Notes: generated from the letters alone by a model not told the origin. Shown: positions 40,700 to 52,757, counted from the first letter of the whole stretch. The stretch: 63,738 nt of DNA, filler included, from Octopus bimaculoides (GCF_001194135.2; 4 parts of 4 records of this genome joined end to end with filler, not necessarily neighbours in it); one strand, 5' to 3'. Translations and numbers: made by a program.

Positions 40700-40930
40700 T
40701 CCCGTAGTCTACTACAAGATGATGGGAGTTCGCTCTCCTGCTTGAAATATATATCGGGTGCAGATTGCATCGATAACCAGCTGGAGGAGGCTCCTCCTGG
40801 GGTTAAAAACGGTAGTAACGTTGATTCCTATGGAACAGCACTATTGATGCGGCGATAGACGTTGCTTCGTAGTATAATTGCAAATTTCATCTCTTACAAA
40901 GATTTTCAAACTAGCTACTTTGCTTACATA
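40650..40930 (+). mobile_element. Hammerhead-bearing repeat, diverged copy C
   Basis: Hammerhead followed ~77 nt later by the core ccagctggaggaggctcctcctggggttaaaa. Homologous to copy D. Confidence 0.75.
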
Positions 40931-41491
40931 TAGTTTCTTTCGATAATTCTACAACATAACTTCATGATAAGATCCAGGAATTTGAACACAGCCATCTAGA
41001 ACTTCTCTCTGTTAATACTTATTGCAGTTTTTAAAAATGGAGGTGGGTTAGGTGTTATGTGACGTCACTGGCGTTACTTTTTTTTCCTTACTGTTTCTCC
41101 GTAAAGAGATAGCAAACGTGACTTATTGTTTGAGAAAATTGAGATTAGCTCCGTTTTGCGTCCATTATTGGTGTGCGGTGGCTTGTGATACGATAAATAT
41201 ATAATAGGATATATGATTAGCTGTCTGGTTTTCTGGTTAACTGACGAACAGACTAGATGCCTGGATGCCAAGATTATGGATAGGCTACTAAGCTAGAACA
41301 CTGACTGGATGGCTAGCTCAAGGAATAGAGAGATATGGTTAGATGAATATACACACAGACGGAAAAAAAAAAAGAGGTAAAAATGGAAGTACATATGAAG
41401 ATGGCGGCTGTGTGCCAGATTAGTAAGTATATCTGCTAGATAATTATGATTATATCGGCGATAAAAACCCAGTTGAACCGGCAGTCATTTT

Positions 41492-41559
<68 letters not shown>

Positions 41560-41634
41560 GTAGATAGATGTAGATATATGACATGTATGTGAATATATGC
41601 TTATATGCATGTATGCATAAAAAATTTATAAATG

Positions 41635-41666
<32 letters not shown>

Positions 41667-42313
41667 GTTGTGTGTGTGCATGCGTGTATGTGTCTATATA
41701 TACACATATAAACACATTTTTGCCAATAAAAAGTCAATATGATAGAAATGACATGTTAATATGCACAAGAAGATTACGCTGTTATTATTATGCGAGGGTT
41801 TGTGTGTGTGTGCGTGTCCGTGTGTGTGCGCACGTGTGTATGCGTGCACGCATGTGTTTGTGTGTGTGTGTTAGTAGATGCTAGCACAGGGAGGACAATA
41901 CGATAATTGAATCGGATTGTCTGACAGAGATAATGAAGAAACCAAATATTTATTTGGTTTTATGCGGAGGCGGTTGGAAGTGGAGGGGCTGAAATAACGA
42001 CGGAGTGTATCAATATTGATATATCATCTTCATATATACACACATCCACACAAACATATTTCAAGACAAAAATGTGTGTGTGCGTGTGAGTGTGTGTGTG
42101 TGGGGGGGGGTCTTTGTATCTATCCATATATATGACGTGAAATAAGCGCATTTGGAGAGAGAGAGAATGACAGAAACGAATATATATANNNNNNNNNNNN
42201 NNNNNNNNNNNNNNNNNNNNNNNNNNNNNNNNNNNNNNNNNNNNNNNNNNNNNNNNNNNNNNNNNNNNNNNNNNNNNNNNNNNNNNNNNNNNNNNNNNNN
42301 NNNNNNNNNNNNN

Positions 42314-42357
<44 letters not shown>

Positions 42358-42603
42358 CATATATATTGTATATTTGGGAATATATATCGCATATATATAT
42401 ATATATATATGCATTCACTTATACATACATACATACATGCATATATATACGTGCATACATATACATATATATATATATATATATACAAATACATACATAT
42501 ACCACACACACACACACATATCATTTGAAGAGGTAGAGGGAGAGAAAGAGAGAGAAGAGGATGAGAGTCGGACAAAGATAAAAAATGATTTCCAATATAT
42601 ATC

Positions 42604-42644
<41 letters not shown>

Positions 42645-42645
42645 T

Positions 42646-43000
42646 AAAAGGTGGTGAGCTGATAGAATTGTTCGCACTCCGGACAAAATACTTCACGGCA
42701 TTTCGTCCGTCTTTACGTTCTTAAGTTCAAATTCTGCCGAGGTCAGCTTTGCTTCCCATCCTATCGGGTTCGATAAAATATGTACCAGCCGAGCATTGGG
42801 GTCGATGTAATCGATTCAACGTCTTTCTCGGAATTACTGGCGTGTTTACGTCCCCGAAACGTAGCGGTTCTGCAAATAAAGACCGATAGAATAAGTACTA
42901 GGCTTACAAAGAATAAGTCCTGCGGTCGATCTACTCGACTAAAGGCGGTGCTCCAGCATGGCTGTAGTCAAATGACAGAAACACATAAAAGAATATATAT
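42646..43000 (+). mobile_element. Chimeric SINE (family A 5' part plus family B 3' part)
   Basis: Family A sequence to ~42835, then ctggcgtgtttacgtcccc...gaccgatagaataagtactaggc of family B. Confidence 0.75.
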
Positions 43001-44014
43001 ATTCAAACATACACATTAATATATATATTCTTATATCTGGTAGGGTCATTTCTTTTATTTCTGTTCATAACACGCACTGTATACTCGTTCTTCACTTCAG
43101 CTTCATTATTATTCTTATTGTAGTGAAGTTTGTCTGAAAATCTTTCGTCACACATCCTGTGACCTCTTCAGCAATTTTTCCATCTCAGGCATCTTTTCCT
43201 CTTCTGTCCATTGTTTATGTGTGTGTGTGTGTGTATGTGTACATACATACACACAGCGACTTCAAAATTTCGGACAGCTAAGTCATCTTCGAAGCGACTG
43301 TCAAAACTTCTCGTATTCTGGTGAAAGAATAATAAATTTGTACTCTACAGAATGTATTGAGTAATCCTTCTATTTAATGTACAGCTGTTTATATTATAAC
43401 AAAAACAAACATTAAGATCTATCTATCTAGCTTTCTATCTATCTCTCTTTCTCTCTCTATCTATCTCTTTCTCTCNNNNNNNNNNTATATTTATTTACAT
43501 TTATATATATGCGCGTGTGTCTGTGTGTGTAGGTTTGTGAGCGTGTGTGTGCTGTATGTGTAGGTAAATATATATATATATGTGTGTGAGTGTGTGCGTA
43601 AGTCTGTATGTACACTTAGAACGTTCATTGAGTGCACACGTCTCGAATCTTCCTCGCATTCTCTTGCGGCAGCTGTTACGCTGGCGTTAAGGGCCATTTG
43701 AAACACTTGGGCACTTGTTTGTGGGTTTGTCTGTGTGTCTGTCTGTACGTACGTATTTTGTATGTATGTATATATGTATTTATGTATGTATATATGTATG
43801 CATGTATCTATGTATATACAAGTGTGCTAGTATCTGTGCTCATGTATAATATGATAATTTTCATCAGCACACCATGTACCAAGTGCCTGATATATATTTC
43901 GAAAAATACATCTTAAGAAAACTTAAGCAAGACATTACAAAATTTAAAAAAATATATATAACACAACGCCATAAGGTGTTCCTTGCCTATGGCAGACGAG
44001 ACAATAAGAGAAGG

Positions 44015-44145
44015 CCAGAGGTGGTGAGCTGGCAGAAACGTTAGCACGCCGGGCGAAATGCTTAACGGTATTTCGTCTGCCGCTACGTTCTGAGTTCAAA
44101 TTCCGCCGAGGTCGACTTTTGCCTTTTATCCTTTCTGGGTTGATT
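44015..44145 (+). mobile_element. SINE family A 5' part, CpG-rich
   Basis: ggtggtgagctggcagaaacgttagcacgccgggcgaaatgc...gttctgagttcaaattccgccgaggtcgac. Confidence 0.85.
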
Positions 44146-44893
44146 ATGCCGACAATTTACCCATAGCACCCTGTATATGCGCAGGCATATAATACATTTA
44201 CAAATAATTGTATTCAGAGGCATATATATATATATATATATACACATTCGCACACAAACATGGCCCCTGTGTCTCTGTTTGTCTGACTGTCTCTCTCTCT
44301 NNNNNNNNNNNNNNNNNNNNNNNNNNNNNNNNNNNNNNNNNNNNNNNNNNNNNNNNNNNNNNNNNNNNNNNNNNNNNNNNNNNNNNNNNNNNNNNNNNNN
44401 NNNNNNNNNNNNNNNNNNNNNNNNNNNNNNNNNNNNNNNNNNNNNNNNNNNNNNNNNNNNNNNNNNNNNNNNNNNNNNNNNNNNNNNNNNNNNNNNNNNN
44501 NNNNNNNNNNNNNNNNNNNNNNNNNNNNNNNNNNNNNNNNNNNNNNNNNNNNNNNNNNNNNNNNNNNNNNNNNNNNNNNNNNNNNNNNNNNNNNNNNNNN
44601 NNNNNNNNNNNNNNNNNNNNNNNNNNNNNNNNNNNNNNNNNNNNNNNNNNNNNNNNNNNNNNNNNNNNNNNNNNNNNNNNNNNNNNNNNNNNNNNNNNNN
44701 NNNNNNNNNNNNNNNNNNNNNNNNNNNNNNNNNNNNNNNNNNNNNNNNNNNNNNNNNNNNNNNNNNNNNNNNNNNNNNNNNNNNNNNNNNNNNNNNNNNN
44801 NNNNNNNNNNNNNNNNNNNNNAGAGAGAAGTTCGAATGTTTTTTTTTTGTTTCAGTTTAGCAGTTGTCATATGTGCTTAGCTAAGTTGGGTAG

Positions 44894-44946
<53 letters not shown>

Positions 44947-45600
44947 AATGTGAGTGTATGGAAGAGAGAGAGAGATGCAAAAGTGGTACATACTTATTGT
45001 ACGTGGGTCGTAGTGCCATGCGGTGTACTATTATCGTGGATGAGTAGGGCGATATGGTAATTACCTTAAATCCGATTCATGTTCGCCTTTGGCATAATAA
45101 CAGACATTGTACTGTATCTATGCCAGTCACCGTGGGTTCGCAAGGGCTACGTTCGTACGTACCTTTGAATCAATTATGAAACGTACAGACGGCATCATGT
45201 ACGAAAACTGTGTACATATGGTGGAGTATGGCGATATATAAACATACACACGACAAGAGAGAGTCATAAGCAAACGCGAACTCAAACATAATAAACACGA
45301 ACGGAAAAATTGTCTAGCGTTAATACAAACATGAGACATACGTCTTATATATGTGTGTATCAATATTTGCATGTGTGTGGGTTAGTACGTATGTGTATAA
45401 TTTCGTACGCTGGAAATGGCACCGGAAGTGCTCCAAGATATTGTTATGTGTCAGAAGAAGAAGAAGAAGAAGGGTTTTGAGTTTCCCAGAAAAAACACTT
45501 AATGTTTCATTAGCTGAGTTGACACCAAAGATTCACTCCGGGTCTGCTGTTGTTACTGACAGAAAAAAAAACAAATCAAAACAAAACAGCATGAGAGGTA

Positions 45601-45650
<50 letters not shown>

Positions 45651-45932
45651 CCTTTCTATTAAAAGCACAGGGCCTGAAATCCTTGGTGGGGGAGGGAGCC
45701 TAGTCACTCATATCGACCTCAGTATTCAACTGGTACTACATTTATATATTTTTTTTCTCTTTGTTTCTCTCCTTATTTCTTTCTGTTTTCCTTCCAGTTG
45801 AAGAGCGTAGCTCGAAACGTCAAAGACTTTGTCGATTTCCGAGCGTTAAACCAGTACGTCCATTTGTTGTCTACACCACCTGTCTTCGCTTGTTGTTTTT
45901 TTCGTAAATTCTCCCATATATATATATATATA

Positions 45933-46032
45933 NNNNNNNNNNNNNNNNNNNNNNNNNNNNNNNNNNNNNNNNNNNNTTAATTAATTAANNNNNNNNNNNN
46001 NNNNNNNNNNNNNNNNNNNNNNNNNNNNNNNN
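45933..46032. other. Artificial scaffold linker N44-TTAATTAATTAA-N44
   Basis: Same 100-bp pattern. Confidence 0.95.
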
Positions 46033-46080
<48 letters not shown>

Positions 46081-46428
46081 ACGTATGTGTATATATTTAT
46101 ATACATACTTACATACATACATATATAGATACACACACACACACACACACACCATGATGATGACACACTATTCATGGGTTAACAAGGCACTAATGGTTTT
46201 ATGCAGAAGAGATCTCAGTTGCTTAAGCTCACCACATTGGAATCTTTGTACAGATTTCCGATTTGAATAGAGATACCACTCTTTGTTACTAATGTGTATA
46301 TAGATACAGAGATATATAGAAAGAGAAAAGAGAGAGAGAGAGAGAGAGAGAGGAAGAGAGAGATTGATAGATAACTGTAAATAGAACATATTTGAGCTCA
46401 CCAGTAAGAGTCTGTATATGTGATGGTC

Positions 46429-46922
46429 AAAGAGATATGGCAAATACAGACAGGGCACAGATGTGTGTCGATAGCCAGCTGGAGGAGATGTCCTCCTGGG
46501 GCTAAAAGCAACAGTAACATCCACCCCTCAGGGTCAGCCACATTTAAGTGGCAAATATACTTCACTTTATCGTGCAGTTACTGTTAATACCTCGTTCAGA
46601 GATTTAACATTGCTTGTTTTCACTTTTTCGATATCAGTGAATAATTTCACTGGAGAAAGTTACATATATTTGCCAAGGGATGTCTTTTGCATCGAAGGTC
46701 GGCGATTGTCGTACGCTGAAGAAGGGAAATAACCCTGAAACTCGAGTACGTACGTATCGTAGATCAAGATAGGAAAGNNNNNNNNNNTATGGCAAATACA
46801 GACAGGGCACAGATGTGTGTCGATAGCCAGCTGGAGGAGATGTCCTCCTGGGGCTAAAAGCAACAGTAACATCCACCCCTCGGGGTCAGCCACATTTAAG
46901 TGGCAAATATACTTCACTTTAT
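46429..46922 (+). mobile_element. Retrozyme-like hammerhead repeat, copy A (about 1.4 tandem units of ~345 nt)
   Basis: 46436-46570 is repeated at 46788-46922 with one mismatch. Canonical hammerhead between the copies, many hairpins, no meaningful ORF. Confidence 0.8.
46710..46754 (+). ncRNA. Canonical minimal type I hammerhead ribozyme
   Basis: CGTACG-CTGAAGA-AGGG-aaataa-CCCT-GAAA-CTCGAG-TA-CGTACG. All core nucleotides intact. Predicted cleavage after A46748 (GUA). Confidence 0.9.
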
Positions 46923-47505
46923 TTCTTAATTATTATTGGGAAATGAGAAAATCAGAAATGCAGTTATTCTGATTTCAGGAAATTTTTCAGTATACCAGTA
47001 TAATTTATTTACACACCTGTATAAATTCATGACACTTAACCTTATTTATTGACATTATTTTGAATTAATCATGTATTATCTCATAGCTTCAGATTTCAGT
47101 GACATTACTGCTTATATTTAGAATGACAAATGTTGGTAGGGTGTGAGAGCCTGGATCTGGCCAGTTTAAACATAAAACAGGTAGAATATTTGGGCCGGAT
47201 ATGACTGGGTTAAATGCTAAATGGTTAATAATATTAGCATTTAGACACACAGACTGACAGATTGGAAAGTGCTGAACCGTGGGGTAGAATTTACCTGATA
47301 ATTATTAGCTATAAATGCAAATGTAGAATTATTACATGGAATCATTAGAATTGTGATTCTTTGTTTTCATTTTGCTTTTAATAATAAAAGGGGATGAGAA
47401 AATCTTCCAATCTTTCTATTCTGTCTGGTTTAAAGGAGTAGCTGATTAACAAAGTATATAATTTGAAATTAAATATTTGAAATTATATGAAATATATACC
47501 AAAAT

Positions 47506-47548
<43 letters not shown>

Positions 47549-47684
47549 TCTTTGTGCATGTGTGTTTAAGTATAGGTTCATGTGGTTAGATTGTCGAGAG
47601 TTAAGTTGGAAGAAACACTTTTTTTTTGTTTCTACAAAACATTATTGTATCATTAGCAGTGAAGCTGAAATGAAAAATATTGGT

Positions 47685-47897
47685 TTCGAAATTTTGGCAC
47701 AAGGCCAACAAGTTCAGGGTAGGGGTTAAGTCGATTGCATTGGCCCCCAGTACTCAACTGGTACTTATTTTATCAACCCCAAAAGGATGAGAAGTAAAGT
47801 TGACCTCAGTGGAAATTGGAACTCAGAATGTAGAGATGGGTGAAATGCCACTGAGCTGTTCACCCAGTGTGCTAGCAATTGTGCTAGCTCACCACTT
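47685..47897 (-). mobile_element. SINE family A, CpG-decayed
   Basis: Colinear with 10515-10722, with CG changed to TG/CA at most CpG sites. Confidence 0.8.
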
Positions 47898-48307
47898 TTG
47901 CAAAGAAAAATATTGACAATAATTTGAACGTATTAACTGCGAACCTAAGCAAATAAACAAGAGAAGGAAATATTGCAGCGTTCAAAAAAATTAGGGCGAA
48001 TATTAGTTTTCTTTATTTGAACATCAGATTAAAAAATAATTTAAACAATTGAAATGTAATAAGATTTATACTTTCAATAAAATATGTAAAGAATTGTCAA
48101 AGATAAGTAAAGTATACTATACATAACTAAATAAGGATGTCCAGATAAATGATTTATACACTCATTGGTATTAGACTTTCTAAACCATTTTCCTAGTATT
48201 TTACACTTCGTATTACAAGTATATATATGTGGATAAATATGCTTATGTACATACAATATATATATATACATGCACACACACGCACACACATACACACAGA
48301 TATATAC

Positions 48308-48373
<66 letters not shown>

Positions 48374-48565
48374 ATGTATAGTATCTTAAGTGTACAGTAT
48401 TATATATCCATCGTGGCTTACTAATTGGTTTCGTGCTAGGGGTATGACAGAGTGTTAGGTAACAATCCAATTATATAACCCTACGCTCATCAGAGGTAGC
48501 CAATATGGAATGAAATATGATGACTTACGCACACACAAACACATACACACACATACACATGCACA

Positions 48566-48613
<48 letters not shown>

Positions 48614-48659
48614 GTGCACAAATAAAATGAACTTCGTGTTTGAGGCTCTCATCAAACAT

Positions 48660-49010
48660 TATATGTATGTAAAGTGTCAGGCTCACAATCATGAGGTAGT
48701 GAGTTCAATTCCCAGATTGGGCTGTGTGTTGCACTCTTGAGCAAGACACTTTATTTCGCATTCTTCCAGTTCACTTGTCTGTAGATATGAGTTGTGACAT
48801 TACTGGTGCTAAGCTGTATTGGTCTCTGCCTTTGCTTTCCCTTAGACAACATTGGTGGCATAGAGAGGGGAGACTGGCATGCATGGATGACTGCTGGTCT
48901 TCTATAAACAATCTTGCTTGAACTTGCACATGGGAGGGTAACATGGTTTAGGTGCAATCCCCAGGTCATTCATAACCAAAGGGGATCTTTACTCTTTTAC
49001 CCTTTATATA
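48660..49010 (+). mobile_element. tRNA-derived CORE-like SINE
   Basis: B-box-like gagttcaattccc followed by cttgagcaagacactttatttcgcattcttccagttcac. Confidence 0.6.
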
Positions 49011-49984
49011 TCACTCCACAATTTATTTGCCCTTAATCATGTCCAGTTATGTTTCCCTCTCCTCTGAATTTCATCTCAGGACTGCCATACATCATCTTTA
49101 ACATTTTCACATAACCATTATCATTCTCAACACCCACTTATATCTGCTAACAATAATCACCTCATCATTATTGTTTCCCATTCACTGTAGTACCTTTATG
49201 TACCTCTGACTATCATCTCTGTCACTTTATTTCTCTCTCTCTCTCTCTCTCCCTCTCTCTCTCTCCCTCTCCTACCTCACACAGCATCTTCTTACTTCTG
49301 ATCTGTCCACAAGCTTATTACACTGCAGCTCTCTACCCTTCCTTTACTGCCACTTATTACCTCTTCCTTCTTGAGCAACCCCCTGCATCTTTCACCTTCT
49401 CCCATATTGATATTTGCACTCGACCACATACATGCTCACTTTTGTTCATTAGTCACTACATTCACTTCTACTCCTCTCTCCAACCATCTGTTACTCGCTT
49501 CTCACACTCTTATGAACTTATTTACCCATCGTTTCCAATCCATTGTCTGTATTCTTTATTATACCTACCTTCTTATATCATCTTTGTCTTCCTTCCAGCT
49601 ACTCCCACCCACCCTTACATAATACAAAGTAGCCATGTATCTCCTCTATTGCAAGACACACACCTGTACCGATCCTTCTACTATACCTTTCACCACTTGG
49701 CATAAAGTCACCTCCTTTACTACAATCCCTCTTAGTTGAGGAGGCGTTTTCTTTGTCCTGCCAGTTATTTTGCAACCTCACAAGCTTTGGTGCCACAAAA
49801 AAGCATCCAGGACATTCTGTAAAGTGATTGATATTAGGAAGGGTATCCAGTTGTTAAAATCATATCCAAAGCAGACATTGGTGTTCAACACAGTCCTCTA
49901 GCTTGTAAGATGCTGTAAAAATCTTCCACCCATGCTGACAGGAAAGATGGATGATAAATGATGATCCATAAACACACATAGACA

Positions 49985-50600
49985 TTACTACTGACCTCAC
50001 TGACCATTCAACTAGATTATGCACCCTAACTACAACACTTATACACTCTCACGAACACCAGCATTGGAAGTGATTTCAATGCTATCAATGCCTCCTGGTT
50101 TCCAAATAGCACAAAGAATTAAAGATGTAACATGATATCATTACAACTAAGTTTCTTTTATATCCTAAACAATCCACACAAATACTTATTATACCCTGCC
50201 AACCCAAATAGAAGAACTCCTCTTCAGACATCACCATCTGCTCCAAACACCTAACTGTTACAACCATCTTGTAAACAATTCCCAATTTTTCTTAGACCAC
50301 CAACCGATTATCATCACAACACACTTGTACATCAATGAAGGCAGAAAAAACTCTTTCACAAACTTCAAGAAAGCACAATGGAATAAGTTTCACTGAGAAA
50401 CAGAATCAAGGTTTTCAGAATTCAGTGTATATTCAGCAAAATAGCTCTAGACACACCTACAAAACATATCCCGCTAAGCAACATAAAGAATTATAATCCC
50501 AGTTACACACTAGAAATAGCCAAACTGATAAAGTTCAAAGACAACCTCAACCCCAGTACATAAGCACCATTCACAACTGAAATAGAATTCAGTAAACTAA
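49985..50600 (+). mobile_element. APE-endonuclease LINE remnant (I/Jockey-like)
   Basis: GSDFNAINASW, SSDITICS and NFKKAQWNKF motifs of the APE C-terminal half. Confidence 0.55.
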
Positions 50601-50685
50601 AGGAAATAAGAACAGCAGCAACAACAGTGATAACAACATCAATAATAATAGTTATAATAGTAATAACAACAACAATAATAATAAT

Positions 50686-51988
50686 AAACGGATAAATTGA
50701 TGGAGAAAGAAATGACAGAAAAATTTAAGGTGGAGTGTTTGCACAGACTGAGACTGATCCTTAAGTCAAAATTAAAGGGACAAAATAAGATTGAAGCTAT
50801 CAATACCTGGGTGGTTTCATTCCTTAGATATGGATTAGGGGTAATTGCATGGAGAGCAGATGAACTAAACAGCTTAGACAGAAAGACAAGGAAGTCGCTA
50901 ACTAGATATGGGTTACTCCACCCAGAAAGTGACACAGACAGACTGTATGTACCAAGAAAAAGAGGGGGGAAGAGGACTTATTAGATGCGAACACAGCATT
51001 AGAGCAGAAGGAAACAACATAGCATGGTGTGTAAAAAATGCCACAGAACCACTATTATTAGAAGTAAGAAGGTCAGGCTTATGTAGGATGAAAGATTGCA
51101 AAGATGCTCACTGTACAAGAAATTGAAAACAAATGAGACTGAAAATAGGTGAGTAAAGAAAAGAATGCATGGTCAATTTCATAGGCATGTTGAAGATAAG
51201 ACAGACAGAGAAAAAAAGATGACTATGGATGACTAAAAGTGATTTAAAACTGGAAATGGCGGCTGTAGTCTGTGCTGCCCAAGAGCAAGCACTAAGAACA
51301 AACTATATAAAATACAGAATAGACAACACATCAGAAAGTGATAAGTACAGAATCTGTGGACAAAATGGTGAAACTGTATGGCATATTACCAGCTAATGTA
51401 TGCCACTAGCCCAGAAGGAATATAAGAGACACCACGACAATATAGCCTGGCTTGTCCATTGGACACTTTGCGACAAGTATGGACTTGACAGAGCAAAAAA
51501 TTGGTACAACCACAAACCCGAAGGCATCATCAAAAATAAAAAGGCAAAGATCCTATGGGATTTTATGATTCAGTGCGACCATGAGATAGAGAATAAAAGC
51601 TAGACATAGTCTTAATTGAGAAGGAATGCAAACTATGCTGAATCATAGATATAGTCTGTCCAGCTGACAACAAGGTATGCGATAAGGAAGAAAGAAAAGT
51701 TGAGAGTTATGACAGGTTAGCTTGGGAAGTTAAGCAGTTGTGGTTGATGAAAAAGGTAGCAGTAATACCAATAATTGTTGGAGCCCTGGGAACAGTGAGC
51801 AAAAATCTTGAGAAGTACGTGGAACAAATAGGGGCTGCAATAAGGGTGAAGCACTTGCAGAAAACAGCACTGCTTGGAACTGCCTGAATACTTTGGAAGG
51901 TACTCAAGAAATAAGAGGTGTTACCTTAGTTCACTGGTAGTGAACAGCTGACATTGCAGTACATCTCCAGCGTTAGAAGCTGTGCAAA

Positions 51989-51990
<2 letters not shown>
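50686..51990 (+). mobile_element. R4/Dong-like element, 3' 1.3 kb, degenerate
   Basis: IEAINTW..LRYGLGVIAW..LDRKTRK..DRLYVPRK.GGRGL; MHGQF; decayed CCHC; LAQKEYKRHHDNIAWLVHW..KILWDF; DIV..IIDIVCP; LQKTALLGTA. (TAA)n at both ends. Confidence 0.92.
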
Positions 51991-52061
<71 letters not shown>

Positions 52062-52063
<2 letters not shown>

Positions 52064-52320
52064 GATTGAGATTTCTAGGACATGGCAATTAAAAACCAAA
52101 TCCCTGTTGTTGTAGCTGCTCTGGAAATAATCAAGAAAGGTACTGGCAAATTTTTTGATCTCTGGAAAACCAACAATCTATGAGACTCAAAAACATTTTG
52201 TTGACATCAACTGCCCACATTCTCAAAAAGTTTCTCTCCATCTAATGTATATGTGCCTTAGGTCTTTGGTTGAGACCCAGTCAGAAGATAAAATAAAATG
52301 CAACTCAATCGGAAAATAAT
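52062..52320 (+). mobile_element. R4-like short 3' fragment
   Basis: KIEISRTWQLKT..PVVVAAL..LLTSTAHILKKFLSI* in a TAA array. Confidence 0.6.
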
Positions 52321-52322
52321 AA

Positions 52323-52689
52323 TTGATCGCACTTTCATGCCTATTTGATTCCAGGATCATAAAGAAAGAGGACAAAAACAAAAAAACAAAAAACAATCCC
52401 TTCAAATTTGAAATAGGAAGAATTTGGAGCATGAGAACAGTAAAGGTCATGCCTATAATAATTGGTGTTTTGGGAACAGTAAGCAAAGATGTAAAGAAAT
52501 GGCTGAAGAAGATTGGAATAGAATACCTAGTTGAGCTCCTACAGAAAGTTTGTCTCTTAGGGACAGCAAAGATTATCAGGAGGGTTCTAAACACTTGAAA
52601 GACAGTTGAAAATTTGTGGATAACTAAGGTTACAGGTAGTAACCTGCTACCCACATAAATCCTATCAGGAATAAGACAGAACCAAAATG

Positions 52690-52690
<1 letters not shown>
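52323..52690 (+). mobile_element. R4-like 3' fragment
   Basis: FEIGRIWSMRTVKVMPIIIGVLGTVSKD..LLQKVCLLGTAKIIRRVLNT*, TAA tail. Confidence 0.9.

Positions 52691-52756
<66 letters not shown>

Positions 52757-52757
<1 letters not shown>

Noticed and set aside
45810-45860. ttgaagagcgtagctcgaaacgtc, hammerhead-like
   Set aside because: C3 is altered, stem II only forms by consuming core G8/A9, and stem I does not pair. At most a decayed PLE-end relic.
1213-46270. Long ORFs full of X and poly-YI/HT/VC/H/D/M runs
   Set aside because: Produced by N-runs and microsatellites lacking stop codons; no coding signal.
46215-46275. TTLESLYRFPI as the next P450 ExxR exon
   Set aside because: Wrong spacing, an immediate stop, upstream of the real exon and on another scaffold.
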